Positions 12,750 through 24,666 of a stretch of DNA of 64,000 bases are shown one piece after another (position 1 is the first letter of the stretch; each line of letters starts with the position of its first letter). This DNA comes from Camelus ferus (taxonomy: Eukaryota). The notes under the pieces are model-generated. The model did not search any database. It was not told the origin of the DNA and saw only the letters and a program-made list of their open reading frames with translations. A program made the translations under genes and the position numbers. Location of the stretch: assembly GCF_009834535.1 (NCBI RefSeq), contig NC_045697.1, positions 12,898,001-12,962,000 of the forward strand, read 5' to 3'.

Positions 12750-13740
12750 GGCTTGTCTCGTCAGTGAGTTTGGAATGTGTAAGCCGCGCCGTTGTGAATT
12801 GAATTTCATGCACTCCTATTGTTTGCGAAGTGCTGGCTGTGTGTGGGAGGCACCGGGTGATTTGCCAAAAGCGTTGTAAGAACACCGGCAATCAAAAAGC
12901 CACCGGGCTCTAAAAAAGCCCCGAACTGAGTGAAGGCACAAAGGCATGAAGGCTGAAGGGAACTGGGACTTTTTACTGAAGCAGAGCTTGAGGCTGCGGA
13001 AGCCCAAGCAGTGACGCAGGGCGGAGAAGGGGAAGGCGGGGCGGGGAGGAGGGGGCAAAGGTCGTGCTGTGACCCCGCTTCGTCCGTCAAATTTAGGCTC
13101 CTGCTGGGACGAAGTCTACCTGCACCTGAGGCTGAGACCCCTTGAATTCATACAGCTTATAAAGAAGGGCCTGTTAGGGCTCATTTTCACGTATCTTGAG
13201 GGGAAATAAGAAGTCATTTTAAACCATTCGTGTGCCTGGACAGGACGCAAAGAGACACGAGGAAGCAGGCACTCGGTTACTCTGACGCTCGCGTCCCGTT
13301 CCCGCCTCCCACACGCTTACCTGCGCAGACCCCGGAGCCCTCGTCACTCCCCCAGCAAGTCCTGCCGCCTCCAACCTCCGTCCCCGTCGCCTGGGTTTTC
13401 TTCCCCCGCCTAATTCACTCGGGCTCCACTTTCAAATCCCAGCCCTGACGTTCACTTCTCTTTGAAATGAGCCCAGGTTAGGGAGACTCGAGGATGGCAG
13501 AATAGCGTTCTAATACCGCCCCTGGCCCCTGGCTAGGATCGGCAGCCGGGCCGCCTGCCTTTCTACATTTCCTCCGGTTTTTCTCTGCCGGGCACCTTCC
13601 TACGTACAATGACGTCTTTCTCCAAGATTAGGAATCCCTCTTCGCACGTTAGAATTTCTCAAATGTCAGTTCTTTCGGGCTACCTTTTCCAGTCCTCGAG
13701 TTAAATAGTCTTGCAGCCCCTCCCCTTCGAAACACCGATT
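12750..13740. promoter_or_regulatory. CpG island / promoter-like region
   Basis: Sharp local rise in GC and CpG (roughly 45-50 CpGs in 13000-13740 by manual count) against a CpG-depleted background. GC box GGGGCGGGG at 13038-13046, ETS-like GCGGAAG at 12996-13002, multiple TGACG/CGTCA half-sites, minus-strand donor CAG|GTAAGC at 13321/13320. Confidence 0.75.
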
Positions 13741-13822
13741 ATTTGATGTCTCTCTCCAAAAGGAGCCTGGCATTCATGAGGCCCAGACAACTATGTGTTG
13801 CCTTTATTCTTTCTTCTCAGCG

Positions 13823-13925
13823 GAATGTGAAATCCTGGAGGCCAAGGACCTTGTCTTTGATTTGTTTTCCTATGTCATAACAAAACACCTGGGGCATAGC
13901 AGGTATTAAGCAAACGTGTGTTAAA
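13823..13925 (+). mobile_element. L2 3' terminal fragment
   Basis: AATGTGAAATCCTGGAGGCCAAGGACCTTGTCTT...CCTGGGGCATAGCAGGTATTAA. Confidence 0.65.
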
Positions 13926-13956
13926 AGCATAAAACTTAAAAGAAAATAACCTAGAG

Positions 13957-14186
13957 CAGCGTTTCTCAATCTAGGCACCACTGGCATTTTGGGTCGTATG
14001 ATTCTTTGTTGCGGAGGGCCATCCAATAAGGTGCTTAGTGGTGTCCCTGGCCTCTACCCACCAGATGCCAGTAGCATCACTACAGTTGTGAAAACCAAAA
14101 TTGTCTCCAGACATTGCTAAAAATTCCCAAGGTGGGTGGGACAGGGGGCAGCAGTGTGCAAAATCACCCCAAGCTGAGAATCACTG
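13957..14186 (+). mobile_element. MER20 (hAT-Charlie MITE), full length
   Basis: TIRs CAGCGTTTCTCA / TGAGAATCACTG. Diagnostic body CCCTGGCCTCTACCCACCAGATGCCAGTAGCA...AACCAAAATTGTCTCCAGACATTGC. 8-bp TSD ACCTAGAG (13949-13956) / ATCTAGAG (14187-14194). Confidence 0.92.
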
Positions 14187-16376
14187 ATCTAGAGTACACA
14201 TTTCTAAATCACTCAAACTGTAAACATGAGCTGCCAGCTTTCACAAAAGAAAAGTGATCCAGGAGCGATGGATAACAATTATAAACCTTATTTAGGATTA
14301 TTTGAAGATTCATTTAATTTATGCAAGGTATCATCCAAAGCTTCTTGGCGGATCAACTTTTATGTAGGCAGATAAAGGAGTCAATAAATATTCTGAGAAT
14401 ATTCTTACAAGAATTAAATCAGATAATGCACACAGAAGTATCTTAGATCAGTGTTCATAGTTAGCACTTCAGTTATTTTCTTTCCTTGATCTAATCAAAG
14501 CATTTGGTGTAAAACACTCACAGCTAGGAATGATTAGTCAAATGAAAACACACACACACACATAAACACGTGCACAAACTATTAAGTTTTTTTTAAGGCA
14601 AAACATTTTGATCAGTTGATTGACTGAGTTCTTTGTTAGGGGACCAGTGTGTTGACACAAAGAGTTGGTTAGTTTCTTTCCTGCTGGGGAACACTAAATT
14701 ACATCCCACCAACTTATGTCCCCTGGAGTGACTCACACAGTGGTTGACTTTAGAGTTCACCAAAGGTGAGGGTTTTGGTTATATGAGCTCAGATTTTCTC
14801 CATGAAGCAGGACAAACAAAAATTCATAATGCCAGATTTCTTGATATATAATTTCTAAAAGTAGAAGGCTACTGGTTTTTCCCTCCCTCAACTCGTTCCT
14901 GGAAAGAAAGTATAGGAATTATCCCCAGAGGTGCTGGTTGATGCAGAGTTACTGGGAAAGTAGATTTTTTCCTTTCATACCCAGGGGAATTCATGGCTGG
15001 CTGGGTAGTAAATTCAGTCCCGGTGTTTTAGCTCACAAATAAAGAAGTAATCAGAGAAGCTCTGCATGTGTATTGGCTGAAACAGAAAATGGACAATGAG
15101 CAACAGGAGTTTTTAAGACAACACATCCTGCTGGAAAAATGTGATTGCTATTTTGGAAAGAATTGCAAAATTGGAAGGTACAGGGAAGTGTCGATGTCAT
15201 GCACTTTAAATTGAGGTAAATGTTAGAGACAACAATTTATGAAATGAGATTTGAAAGAACAAACAGTCTAGTTAGATTGCAGTGTGGCTGCAAACCCGGG
15301 AGGGAGTGTGAGGATGTTGCCGGGCAGGGGAGGAAGGTTTGTAGGTATGTCTGCAGAAAACCTAGGATTATTATTGCTGCAGTTTAGTGAGCTTTATTTC
15401 TATATTTGGGCTTTGACTAAAATTATTTGCTAGGCTACAGCTGCCCTAAGTGAAATACTTCACGTGGTACACAGAAATTCCTCAGTGCTTTTTGTTTCCT
15501 GTGATTTATGCGCTGAAAATTTTTTTCATGATTCTAAATTAAAACCTAAACAGAACATCAGTTTCATGCATCTTGCCTTTTTTTTCCAGCTTAAGATTCC
15601 TTTCCTGTAAGACACATGCTTACAAATATGTTTTTAGGTAGCTACGTGATTCTAGGAGAGTCCTAATCACTCTGGCCTCAGTTTCCATATTTGGAGAAGG
15701 ATGGATTTGTTGTCTTCAACAAAGTATGACTTCTTCTACTTGATTCCCTTCTGCTTTGAATCCAAATCCATTGTCTTTTGCCTTCTTCAGGTTAAGATGA
15801 ATTCAGACTGAAAAAAAATGAGTGTTTGGGCTTCCTGGGATCACCCCAATCTGATTATGACTTGGAATTTAATGAAAGGGCATAGACTCCTATTTTATGA
15901 GTGAGAAATGTTAGAGATCAATTTCCATCCACAGTTAGAAACCTATGAATCAACATCAGGGTTGTAAACAGGAACAAACAGGCTAGGAAACTGAGGGAGG
16001 CAATGAAGGAGATGTCTAATACTTATTGGCTCTGTGACTTTGGACAGCTTACTCCTTTTTCTGTGAAATGGAGTTTGCCATTTCTTCTGTGAAAATGTTC
16101 TAGAAAGATTTAAGGGTCTGTTCATAGTGGCCTCAGACTGAGACGAAGAAGAGGAGACTATGAGAAGATTCATAGTGGAAAATGAGGATCAGAGTCATTC
16201 TTCTTCTGTGTCATGAAATCTCTCAAAGATTTATTTCATCACATTTAGTCTGGCCCACTGGCCAGGCAGCTAACGTGTGGGTAAACCAATGTCATCGTGA
16301 TGCGTTGCAGTGCTCCCTCTGTAACGTGACTATTGCATTATACACAAACTAATCACTGCTGGTCTCCTTACGTGAT

Positions 16377-16765
16377 TGTATTAGTCTGCTCAAGCTGCCA
16401 TAACAAAACGCCAGATTGGACGGCTTAAACAACAGAAAGTTATTTCAGCACAGCTCTAGAGGCTAGAAGTTCAAGATCAAGGTGCCAGCAAGGCTGACTC
16501 CTGGTGAAGTTGCTCTCCTTGGGATGTAGATGGTACCTTCTTGCTTTCCTTCAAGTAGCCTCTCCTCCGAGCATGCGCATGGAGAGAGCTCTTTGAGGTC
16601 TTCCTCTTCTTATAAGGGTACCATTTCTATCAGATTAGGACCTCACATTTTGACTTCATTTAACCTTAATTACTTCCCAAAAGGCCTTATCTCCAAATAC
16701 AGGTTGAAGCCTAACATAGGAATTTTGGTTGGGTTAGGGGGGAGTGAAAAATTCAGCCCATAACA
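16377..16765 (-). mobile_element. MLT1B-like MaLR solo LTR
   Basis: TGTATTAGTCTGCTCAAGCTGCCATAACAAAA ... TTCAAGATCAAGGTGCCAGCA ... ATTCAGCCCATAACA; TG...CA termini. Confidence 0.9.
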
Positions 16766-18009
16766 TGAACTATCTACTCAGTCTCCTTGGTAGCTATGGG
16801 CTCTGTGGGAGAGATGCTTAAGGAAAGGTAGAGTAGCAGGAGTTTCTTGAATGAGTTGTTTGTAGATGCCATGTTGGGGAACTTTACTTTTTTTGGTGAT
16901 TCCCGTTTTATGAATCCATTTATCAAGAGTGATACTTACATCAGAAATTCCCAAACAACCACGTGGAGACAGCACTGGACTTTGGGTTATACATCTTAAT
17001 TTTGATACTATTCACTCTGTAGCATTGGAACTTATTGAGGCTCAGTTTTCCCCTCCACAAGTAGGAACAATAAGGTACTATCCCCATTTGAATACAGATA
17101 AACTACTGTTGAATTAGCTACTTACCACTCACATTGGCCCTATGTCTTTCTGTTACTCTTTATTTTTTCTAATATTCCTTTCCTTATGTCAAGATCAGCC
17201 TCTGGTCCAACCCTTCCATGAAGGCTTCCATGATATCCTCAAATAGTCTCTCCCATTAGTAATCCAACAAGGTTTCCATGGTGCCTCAAATTAACAGCTT
17301 GTCCTGGAATTCTTCGTGAAAATCCCCACCATATTTTGAGAGCTGAGTCTCTGTAACTTAAAATTTTATTCCTATTATTTTCTTTCTCTGCATTTTATAA
17401 GGGCAATTATTGTTTCTTAAATTAAACTGACTGAATCTTGTTAAAAGGACAAGTGTTATAGAAAGAAGCAGAAACCATCCCCAGAAAGCCTTCAAAGATA
17501 CCCTTCGCTGATTTTTGTGCCTTGTCACTGAGGCATCCGTCATGAAACCTAACACACACTTCTCTAATCACTCGTTTACTTATATTTCTCTCCACTCTAT
17601 TCTGAGATCGTAGAGGGCAGGGACTCTACCTAATTCTTCTCCGTGCCCTTAGTGGTGTTACGCTGCCTATTAGATCACAGGTTTTCAGTACATTGAGTGG
17701 AAAAGGTAAACAACCGAAAGCCAGGGATTTAACTCAACTACTATATTTTTCCAGCAGTTCAATATTTATTTTACCAGGACCTTACACCAGAGGCTAGTGC
17801 CTCTTCACTGGTTAAACCTTTACAGAGTATCTACAGTGTGTTAGGGTCTGTAAGAGGCAACGTGAATTTACAGAGAAGACAGACCCAGTTTCTAACTTCG
17901 ATAATTCAGTCCCGTAGAAGAGATGCCACAGTGGACAGAAAATTATACCACAGTGTGAGAAGCTCTGTGATAGAAGCAAGTGCAGAGGCTTCGGCGCCCG
18001 GAGGAAGCC

Positions 18010-18433
18010 CAACTGTTCCAGGCACTTGCCTCTCTTCTTCCTCATACACACCAGCTTCTCTTCCACCACAAGGTCTCCACATGCATTCTACAATCTGCCT
18101 AGAACGTGCTTTTCCCTTCTGTCCATACAGTGGGCTCCTATTAATTATTTTTCAGTTTCAGTGTCGCCTCAAAAGAAGTCAGCCTCCCTTATTATTATTA
18201 TTTTTTACATTACCTTTGGCTCGTTTATAACATTTGTGAAATTCCTCATTGGAATTATGTAATTGGCTTATTTGCTTGTGTGGTGTCTTTCTTCTCCCTT
18301 AGACTGTGCACTCTATGAGGGGAGAAACTATATCTTTTGTTCAATACTATTCAAGGCACAGAGAACACAGTCCCTGGAATAATGTAAGAGCTCAGTAAAC
18401 ATCAGATGACTGAACAAATGCAAGAATGAATGA
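18010..18433 (+). mobile_element. L2 3' region
   Basis: TTAGACTGTGCACTCTATGAGGGGAG...GCTCAGTAAACATC...GAATGAATGA terminus. Confidence 0.75.
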
Positions 18434-20210
18434 GCAGAGAATGGCCAGCTCCAGGGGAACCAGTGAGCAGAAGGCGCAAGCACAGCCAGCCAGTAATGTT
18501 TGTTTAGGATTACTCCATGATTGAATGCGTTTTGGTCTTCCCCGCTGCACAGTGTTATAAGAAAATATAAGCATTTGGCAGATGAGAAAATTTAAAACAC
18601 AGAGCTAAGTCCCTCTTCCAGAGATAAGCAAGTAATACACAGTGGAATAAATGCTATTCCATAGTCAGGTTTATCTTGAACCCAAATTCTCTACTTTTCC
18701 ACGAATTATGACAGTACCTCAAGCAACTGCAGGAATTGCTGCTCTGACCATTCATTTCCTTCTGGGAAAGCAAATAGTTTAGTACTCTAGAGTATTTTAC
18801 AAACACAGTATACCCAGGATTCAGAGAGATGGATAAAGGAATTTCGATCATTTCTTTATAAATCCTATAGACGCCTTAATTTCTGCCTCTGGAATCTCTC
18901 CTCTTATGTTACTGTTCACGATATTTCATCTGACATTACTTTTTGGTCCTGTTGTCATCTAGATAAGGAATATTAAATTTATGATAACATCTTGCATCTC
19001 CATGCACTTTGCATACTTTGCAGCAATTGCTTTGTTCACCATTAATTCTTTGCTTCACCAGAGTTAATTCTTTTATTAACAACTGCAGGTTTTCAATGCT
19101 CTGTCTCGCCGACGTTTCCTAATTTCTTCTTTCCATTCCCTTTATGTATTATTGAATTCTCTAAGTGAATTATTTAACTCTGCATAGCATTTTGGGATGT
19201 GATTTGCATGAAACACGTTGTACAAAATAAAAGCATATCATATTAAAATGTCTATAATAACTTGAAGGAAAAGCCCCCAGGGAATGCATTTGCTATATAT
19301 AATGGCTGTGGGGAAATTTTGAGCTCTAATGTGACAGCAACATGAGACAAACAAAAGAAGTGACATAGTTAGATGTGGAGATATGACTTGCATTTAAGTT
19401 GATAAAATGTGTTTATGTGCCAACTAGGCTTTTTTGGTTTTGTTTTAAACTTTCTTTTTCTCTCTGACTTTAAAGGCAATTAAAACAGAAAAAAAGGAAT
19501 TTTCCCCTTAATTAATCCCTACAAGAATTTTGTGGAGTGAGTAGTATTATCTCCATTTTTTATAGATAAATCAAAGATTTACCTGTAACAGAAAGTCAAA
19601 GATGTTAGTTGACTTAAAGGTCTTTCCAATTCCAAAGTTTCTGGCTTTTCTCTAGATTCTTGCTTATTTAAAGAATACTTGACAGTGCACATAGTGTAAC
19701 TGAGTGGATTGAACTCTGCACTTAATGGCCTTTGTCATAGAGCGGAGTAAAAGTTGTGTTCGGGATTTTAAGGGAACAGACTCGTTGGTGAGTCAGAGTG
19801 CTTTCTTCTAGAACATTCCTCTGTAACTTGAGCCTGGGAGTCAGGGCTTTCTAACTATCCCATCTCTCAAGTGCTAGCAACTCCACCTGTTGCCCAACGG
19901 CTTACATTCAGACATCTCTGCTCCACCATAAAAGCCCTTGGTAATCTAGAGCCACCTCTGACTCCAACCAAATTCCCGTTACTTTCTCATTTTTCTCTAG
20001 TCAGAGGACTTATCACTGTCTTTGAAACACTTCTTTCAATCACACTTATATGTATTTCTAGATGATGAAATGAATTAGTGATTATTTCTTACCCCATTTT
20101 CTCAGAGAAGATGGGGATGGGGAGAAAAAGGTCTTATCCAGCAAAGCTGATGTTATTCTTCTGGAGGGAAAAAAAAAAAGATAACTTTGATGGCAGATGT
20201 TGATTGTCGT

Positions 20211-20574
20211 GGTCTTAGTCAGATCAGGCTACTGTAACAAAATACCACAAACCGGTGACTTAACAACCTAGTTATTTCTCACAGTTCTAGAGGCTGGAAG
20301 TTCAAGGTGAAGGCACCAGCAGATTCGATGCCTGGTGAGGGTCCACTTCTTAAATGACCGTCTTCCTGCTGTGTCCTCAGCATAGCGGGGTGAGAAGGAG
20401 CAGATTCTCCTGTGACTCTTACAAGGGCACTAATCCCACTCATGAGGGCTCTACTCTCATGACCACATCTGATCCTAATTCCTTTCCAAAAGACCACCCT
20501 CCTAATACCATCTCACTAGAGACAGGGTTTCAAGATACGAGTTTTAGGGGAGCACAAGCGTTCAGTTTGTAGCA
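20211..20574 (-). mobile_element. MLT1A-like MaLR solo LTR
   Basis: GTCTTAGTC..GCTACTGTAACAAAATACCAC ... AAGGGCACTAATCCCACTCATGAGGGCTC ... TTCAGTTTGTAGCA. Confidence 0.9.
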
Positions 20575-21053
20575 GTGTTTCACTGCCTCTAAGCCACAGA
20601 GTACATCTCAGCTGAGAGAAGAAGTGCACTTTCATCAATGTGCGATCGAACTGTGCTGGAGGAAAGTTCACAGAGTTGGCTCATCTCATGGGCGATATGG
20701 TCAGCAGATTTGGGGAGGCTCATATTCAGGCCAGTTCATGTTGTTAGAACACATTCCTTCTCCAGAAACTGAGATATGAATTGCACAAGCCCAGGCTCTG
20801 GTAATGTTTGAATTTGCAAACCTAGAAGCACTAAGGGATGAAATCTCCTCCTACGGGGAGAGAGGAAGTTGAATATGAGAGAGAGAGGCTTCCCTGATCT
20901 GAAAAGTTTGAACTGAATTTTAAAGAGACATGTATGAAATTGAGTGGTGGTGGCAGAGGTGGTGGTGGTGATCTTGAGTGAGAGATGAGTGGAAGGGGTG
21001 TCGTTGCAGGACAAACCTTTGGCAAAGGCATATGTGAAATAAGCCGTAACACC

Positions 21054-21118
21054 AACACAGACACAGACACAGATACAGATAGTTACACACACACACACAT
21101 GCACACACACACGCACAG
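21054..21118. repeat. Imperfect (ACACAG)n/(CA)n microsatellite
   Basis: Read directly. Confidence 0.85.
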
Positions 21119-22349
21119 AAAGATTTGTTTGGTTCCATGTGAATCTGTTCTCACAAATAATTTGCACATGTGCATCTTAGACCAGAGTGACTCTGGATGC
21201 CCTGTGGAGGGTCAAGTATGAACCTAATATAAGGAGATATAACCTTTAACCTAGGTGGCCCACAGAAGACACCAGGAACTATAGAGGGCAGAGTTGACTG
21301 TGAAACCATTCTATATAATTTCATAATATAATTAGACATCACTGTTTGAGGACTAAAATGTGCCACATAAATTACATTAGCTTTCAAAGCCTATGTGAAA
21401 TGACAGTTTTTCTTGAAGTAATTCTAATTCTCTCTAGTCAAGAATGAGTATTTTGGTATTTTTAACCACTGTGATCATTTACATAAGATTCATTGAATTT
21501 GTACTCAGTGACAAGAAATGGGTGAGACTTTAAATACGCCGAAATGTGTAGGACGACATGAACACATGCATCAGGATTCCACGTAGAAGGATGACCATTT
21601 CTAAGCCTGGAGGTAAAAGCCCCCTTTTTGAATAGGCATCTCAATTTCTAGACTAGATTTTTAGCATTTGGTGCACCACATGACGCGTTTGTTGAATGTA
21701 ATGCAAAATGATCTCTTTTTCAAAAATTACGCTCTACTCTTTAAGGAATAATTTTATACAACTAATTTGCCCAGTCCATGGAGAAACTGAGTACCATCAG
21801 GAATTAATCTTGGTTTGCCTGTCTTGGTCCTGGCTGTTGACATTCAAATGCTACTATAAAAATAGTGTAGATATTCCTTTGTTCTGTTCTTAAGAAACTT
21901 TATATTGTAAAAATTGCTTTGTAAAATTTTTAAAATATTGTACAAATTGCTTTGTGAAAGCAATTTTTTTAATATGGGAGAATTGGTGTGAGGTTTAGAT
22001 TCCCATTAAAAAAAAATCCAACCATACTGCAGAGATTTCAATTTAAAATTTTTAAAATATAATGTAAATGCTTAGCTATAAAATCTTAAGATGATAAAAA
22101 AAATTCAGAATTTGGTTTCATCTTGATCTTGACAAATATTAATGATTTCACAATATTTATAATCACTAGCATCATTGTGTGCACATTACTATTATACAGT
22201 CATATAATTCTTAATATTTATCTCCTATTATTACTATGTAAAATGCAGAAAGCCACTGGAACCATTGGTCATGAAGAATAACTTCTTTATGATCATGTCA
22301 TCAGTCTGTGATCATTATCAGCATGATACAATGCATGTTCTCAAAAACA

Positions 22350-22545
22350 ATGACAGCTAACATTTATTAAACTCTTAACTCTTTTCCAGATAACTCATAA
22401 GTACCTTTATGTAAAATATTTAATTTACTGTTACAGTAGCCCTGTGAGATTGGTACTGATTTTTATTCCACATTAGTAAAGATAAAGTGGCTTCCAGGTT
22501 GGTAAATAGCTGCACTGGGATTTGAGCCCTGGTAATGGTGTTTCC
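22350..22545 (-). mobile_element. MIR SINE
   Basis: ACAGCTAACATTTATT...ACAGTAGCCCTGTGAGATTGGTACT...CTGGGATTTGAGCCC. Confidence 0.65.
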
Positions 22546-23546
22546 ACAGCTCGTGGTCTTAACCAATCCACCTCAATAGTGCTCCTCATTAATCCAATGG
22601 CATTTTGAAAATGAAAGGTGTAGCAATACTTTACTATCAAGACAATGGAAGTTGTAAGGGGAAATGAGTAAAATGAGTATATGTTGCTATATAATAAGTT
22701 TGGACATAGTATATATAAAATAAATATATATGTTAATGGAGTTCTGTTATAAACTTCCAATGACTTCATACTCAAGTATTGACCATTTTGACCAGCCATG
22801 TCTTTCATGGCTTAAATTACCTTTCTCCACTAAGTCTGATGCTCTTTTTCAATTTATTTCATAATTTCTGTGCTGTGTCATATACTTGTTGTTTTGGTAC
22901 TCTTTTTACCATCAGCAGAAAAAAATACTTTTTGTTCATGAACTAGACTAAATTGTTTTCTTTAAATAGTATTTCTTTTTATTAGTTGATAGTTGTTTTC
23001 TAAGAAGGACTTTGCTTCTTAATAATAGGTCATGCACAGTACTGGTGGGTTGCCTGCATTATTGGTTAAGGAACACAAGCATATGTTGTAATTCCTTTCT
23101 CAGCTGAGTACTCAGGGCTAGAATTCTCTATGTTGATGTCAGATATTTGTATACTTATTGCCAATGACTATGGGAGGGGGCTTTTTAAGCTTTTATTTAA
23201 AAAGATACAAACACTTTCAATTTGTAGTCTCAGCTAAAAATGGATTTTCCCATGAGTTAGCACCATGACATAGCCTATGCAAAAAAATTTAATGGCATCT
23301 CACTCTCTCACAGTTGTACCTCAAGCTATGACAGTTTAATTTGTGTCCGACATTATGTAGACTATTGTTCAACTTATCGTGCAATGGATGAGTGTAAGAT
23401 CTCTGTAATCACACTATGGTCCAGCTAGGCTGCATTACTGCAAATAAGCTACATAACCTCTTTAAAACCCAGTTTATTAACCTGATGTGACTTGGACGTA
23501 ACTCACAGAACAGTACCTGCAGCAGAGTATTGCTGTGTACATGTTA

Positions 23547-23700
23547 AATTGCCTTTATTAAGTTAAGGTCGATCCTTTGTCATCCTAGTTTGCTGAGATT
23601 TTTCCTTATGAATGGATGATAAATTTTGTCAATTTTATTTTCTGTACCTATTGACAGGATCATATGGTTTCTTTTCTTCAGACCGTTAGTATGGTGTATT
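23547..23700 (-). mobile_element. Old L1 ORF2 fragment
   Basis: CCTTTATTAAGTTAAGG...TCCTAGTTTGCTGAGATTTTT...ATGAATGGATG...CTATTGACAGGATCATATGGTTT. Confidence 0.75.
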
Positions 23701-23704
23701 AGCT

Positions 23705-24245
23705 GAGGTCCTATATGAGCTATGCTCTCCAGCTAACATTCCAGTGTTGTCCCTTACTATTCTCTCCTTCTCTCTCTGCTTCAGGCACATTGTTTCCTTC
23801 CTATTTCCTGGCTACTTCATGCCTTTGGACTGTTGTATTTGTTGTTTCAACCAGTTTTCTCCCAAGACATCCACATGGGTAATATCTTAACTTCCCTAAA
23901 GTCTCTGCTCAGATTTTATCTTCTCAATGAGTCATACTCTGACCGTTCTATTGAATTATGTTAACTTGAACCTGGCAGTTCTGATTCCCTGTAATTTGGC
24001 TTGATTTTTATGTAGCATTTTTACTTTCTAAGGTATTATGTAACTTACTTTACATTGTGTTCATTGAATATTTTTCTGTTCCCCCCTTCTGTGCAAACTC
24101 TTCCTCTCTTCTTCTGCCTCCCTCCCCTACAAAAATGTAAGCTCTGTGAAGGCAAGGAGTTTTATTTCTTTTGTTTTTAGATGTACTTCAAGTACCTAGA
24201 ACTGGTTCATAGTAGCTACTATGTACATATTAGTTGAATGAATGA
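23705..24245 (+). mobile_element. L2a-like 3' region
   Basis: AAATGTAAGCTCTGTGAAGGCAAGGA...TACCTAGAAC...ATATTAGTTGAATGAATGA. Confidence 0.8.
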
Positions 24246-24269
24246 CATTAACAGAATGGATACTTAAGT

Positions 24270-24666
24270 GGGTTCTGCTTTCCTTTCTGTTGGCCTCATT
24301 CTCACCTATTGCAGGTAGGTTTCCACATGTGACTGAGGGACAAGCGGGGTATAGTCATAGGGAGCTCCATCCTTACATCAGACCACTTTAGGGAATCTAG
24401 AGGAAAGAGAGGTACAATAGACAGAAAGCTAGATAGGTGCAGACACCAAAAAGCAGTGTGAGAATTGTGATTGGTGAAGCTTGGATAGTGTTTCTAAACT
24501 TATTTTCTTGGATAGCGTGAGTGAAAGGGTCTCTCTCCATAATCAGAACCATGTGGATCTTGGGTTAGGGTGAGGTCCAGTCATTGGTCCAGAAAAAGTA
24601 ATGGTTTTACTCTAAGAAAGGGCTATGGAGATGTTGGGCAAACAAAATCCACAGCTGTTCACCACT
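24270..24666 (-). mobile_element. Old MLT1 (J/K-like) LTR remnant
   Basis: CTGCTTTCCTTTCTGTTGGCCTCATTCTC ... TGTGATTGG ... GATGTTGGGCAAACAAAA...CACCAC. Confidence 0.55.

Noticed and set aside
20736..21221. Cluster of overlapping ORFs
   Set aside because: Open because of (CA)n/(GGT)n low-complexity sequence.
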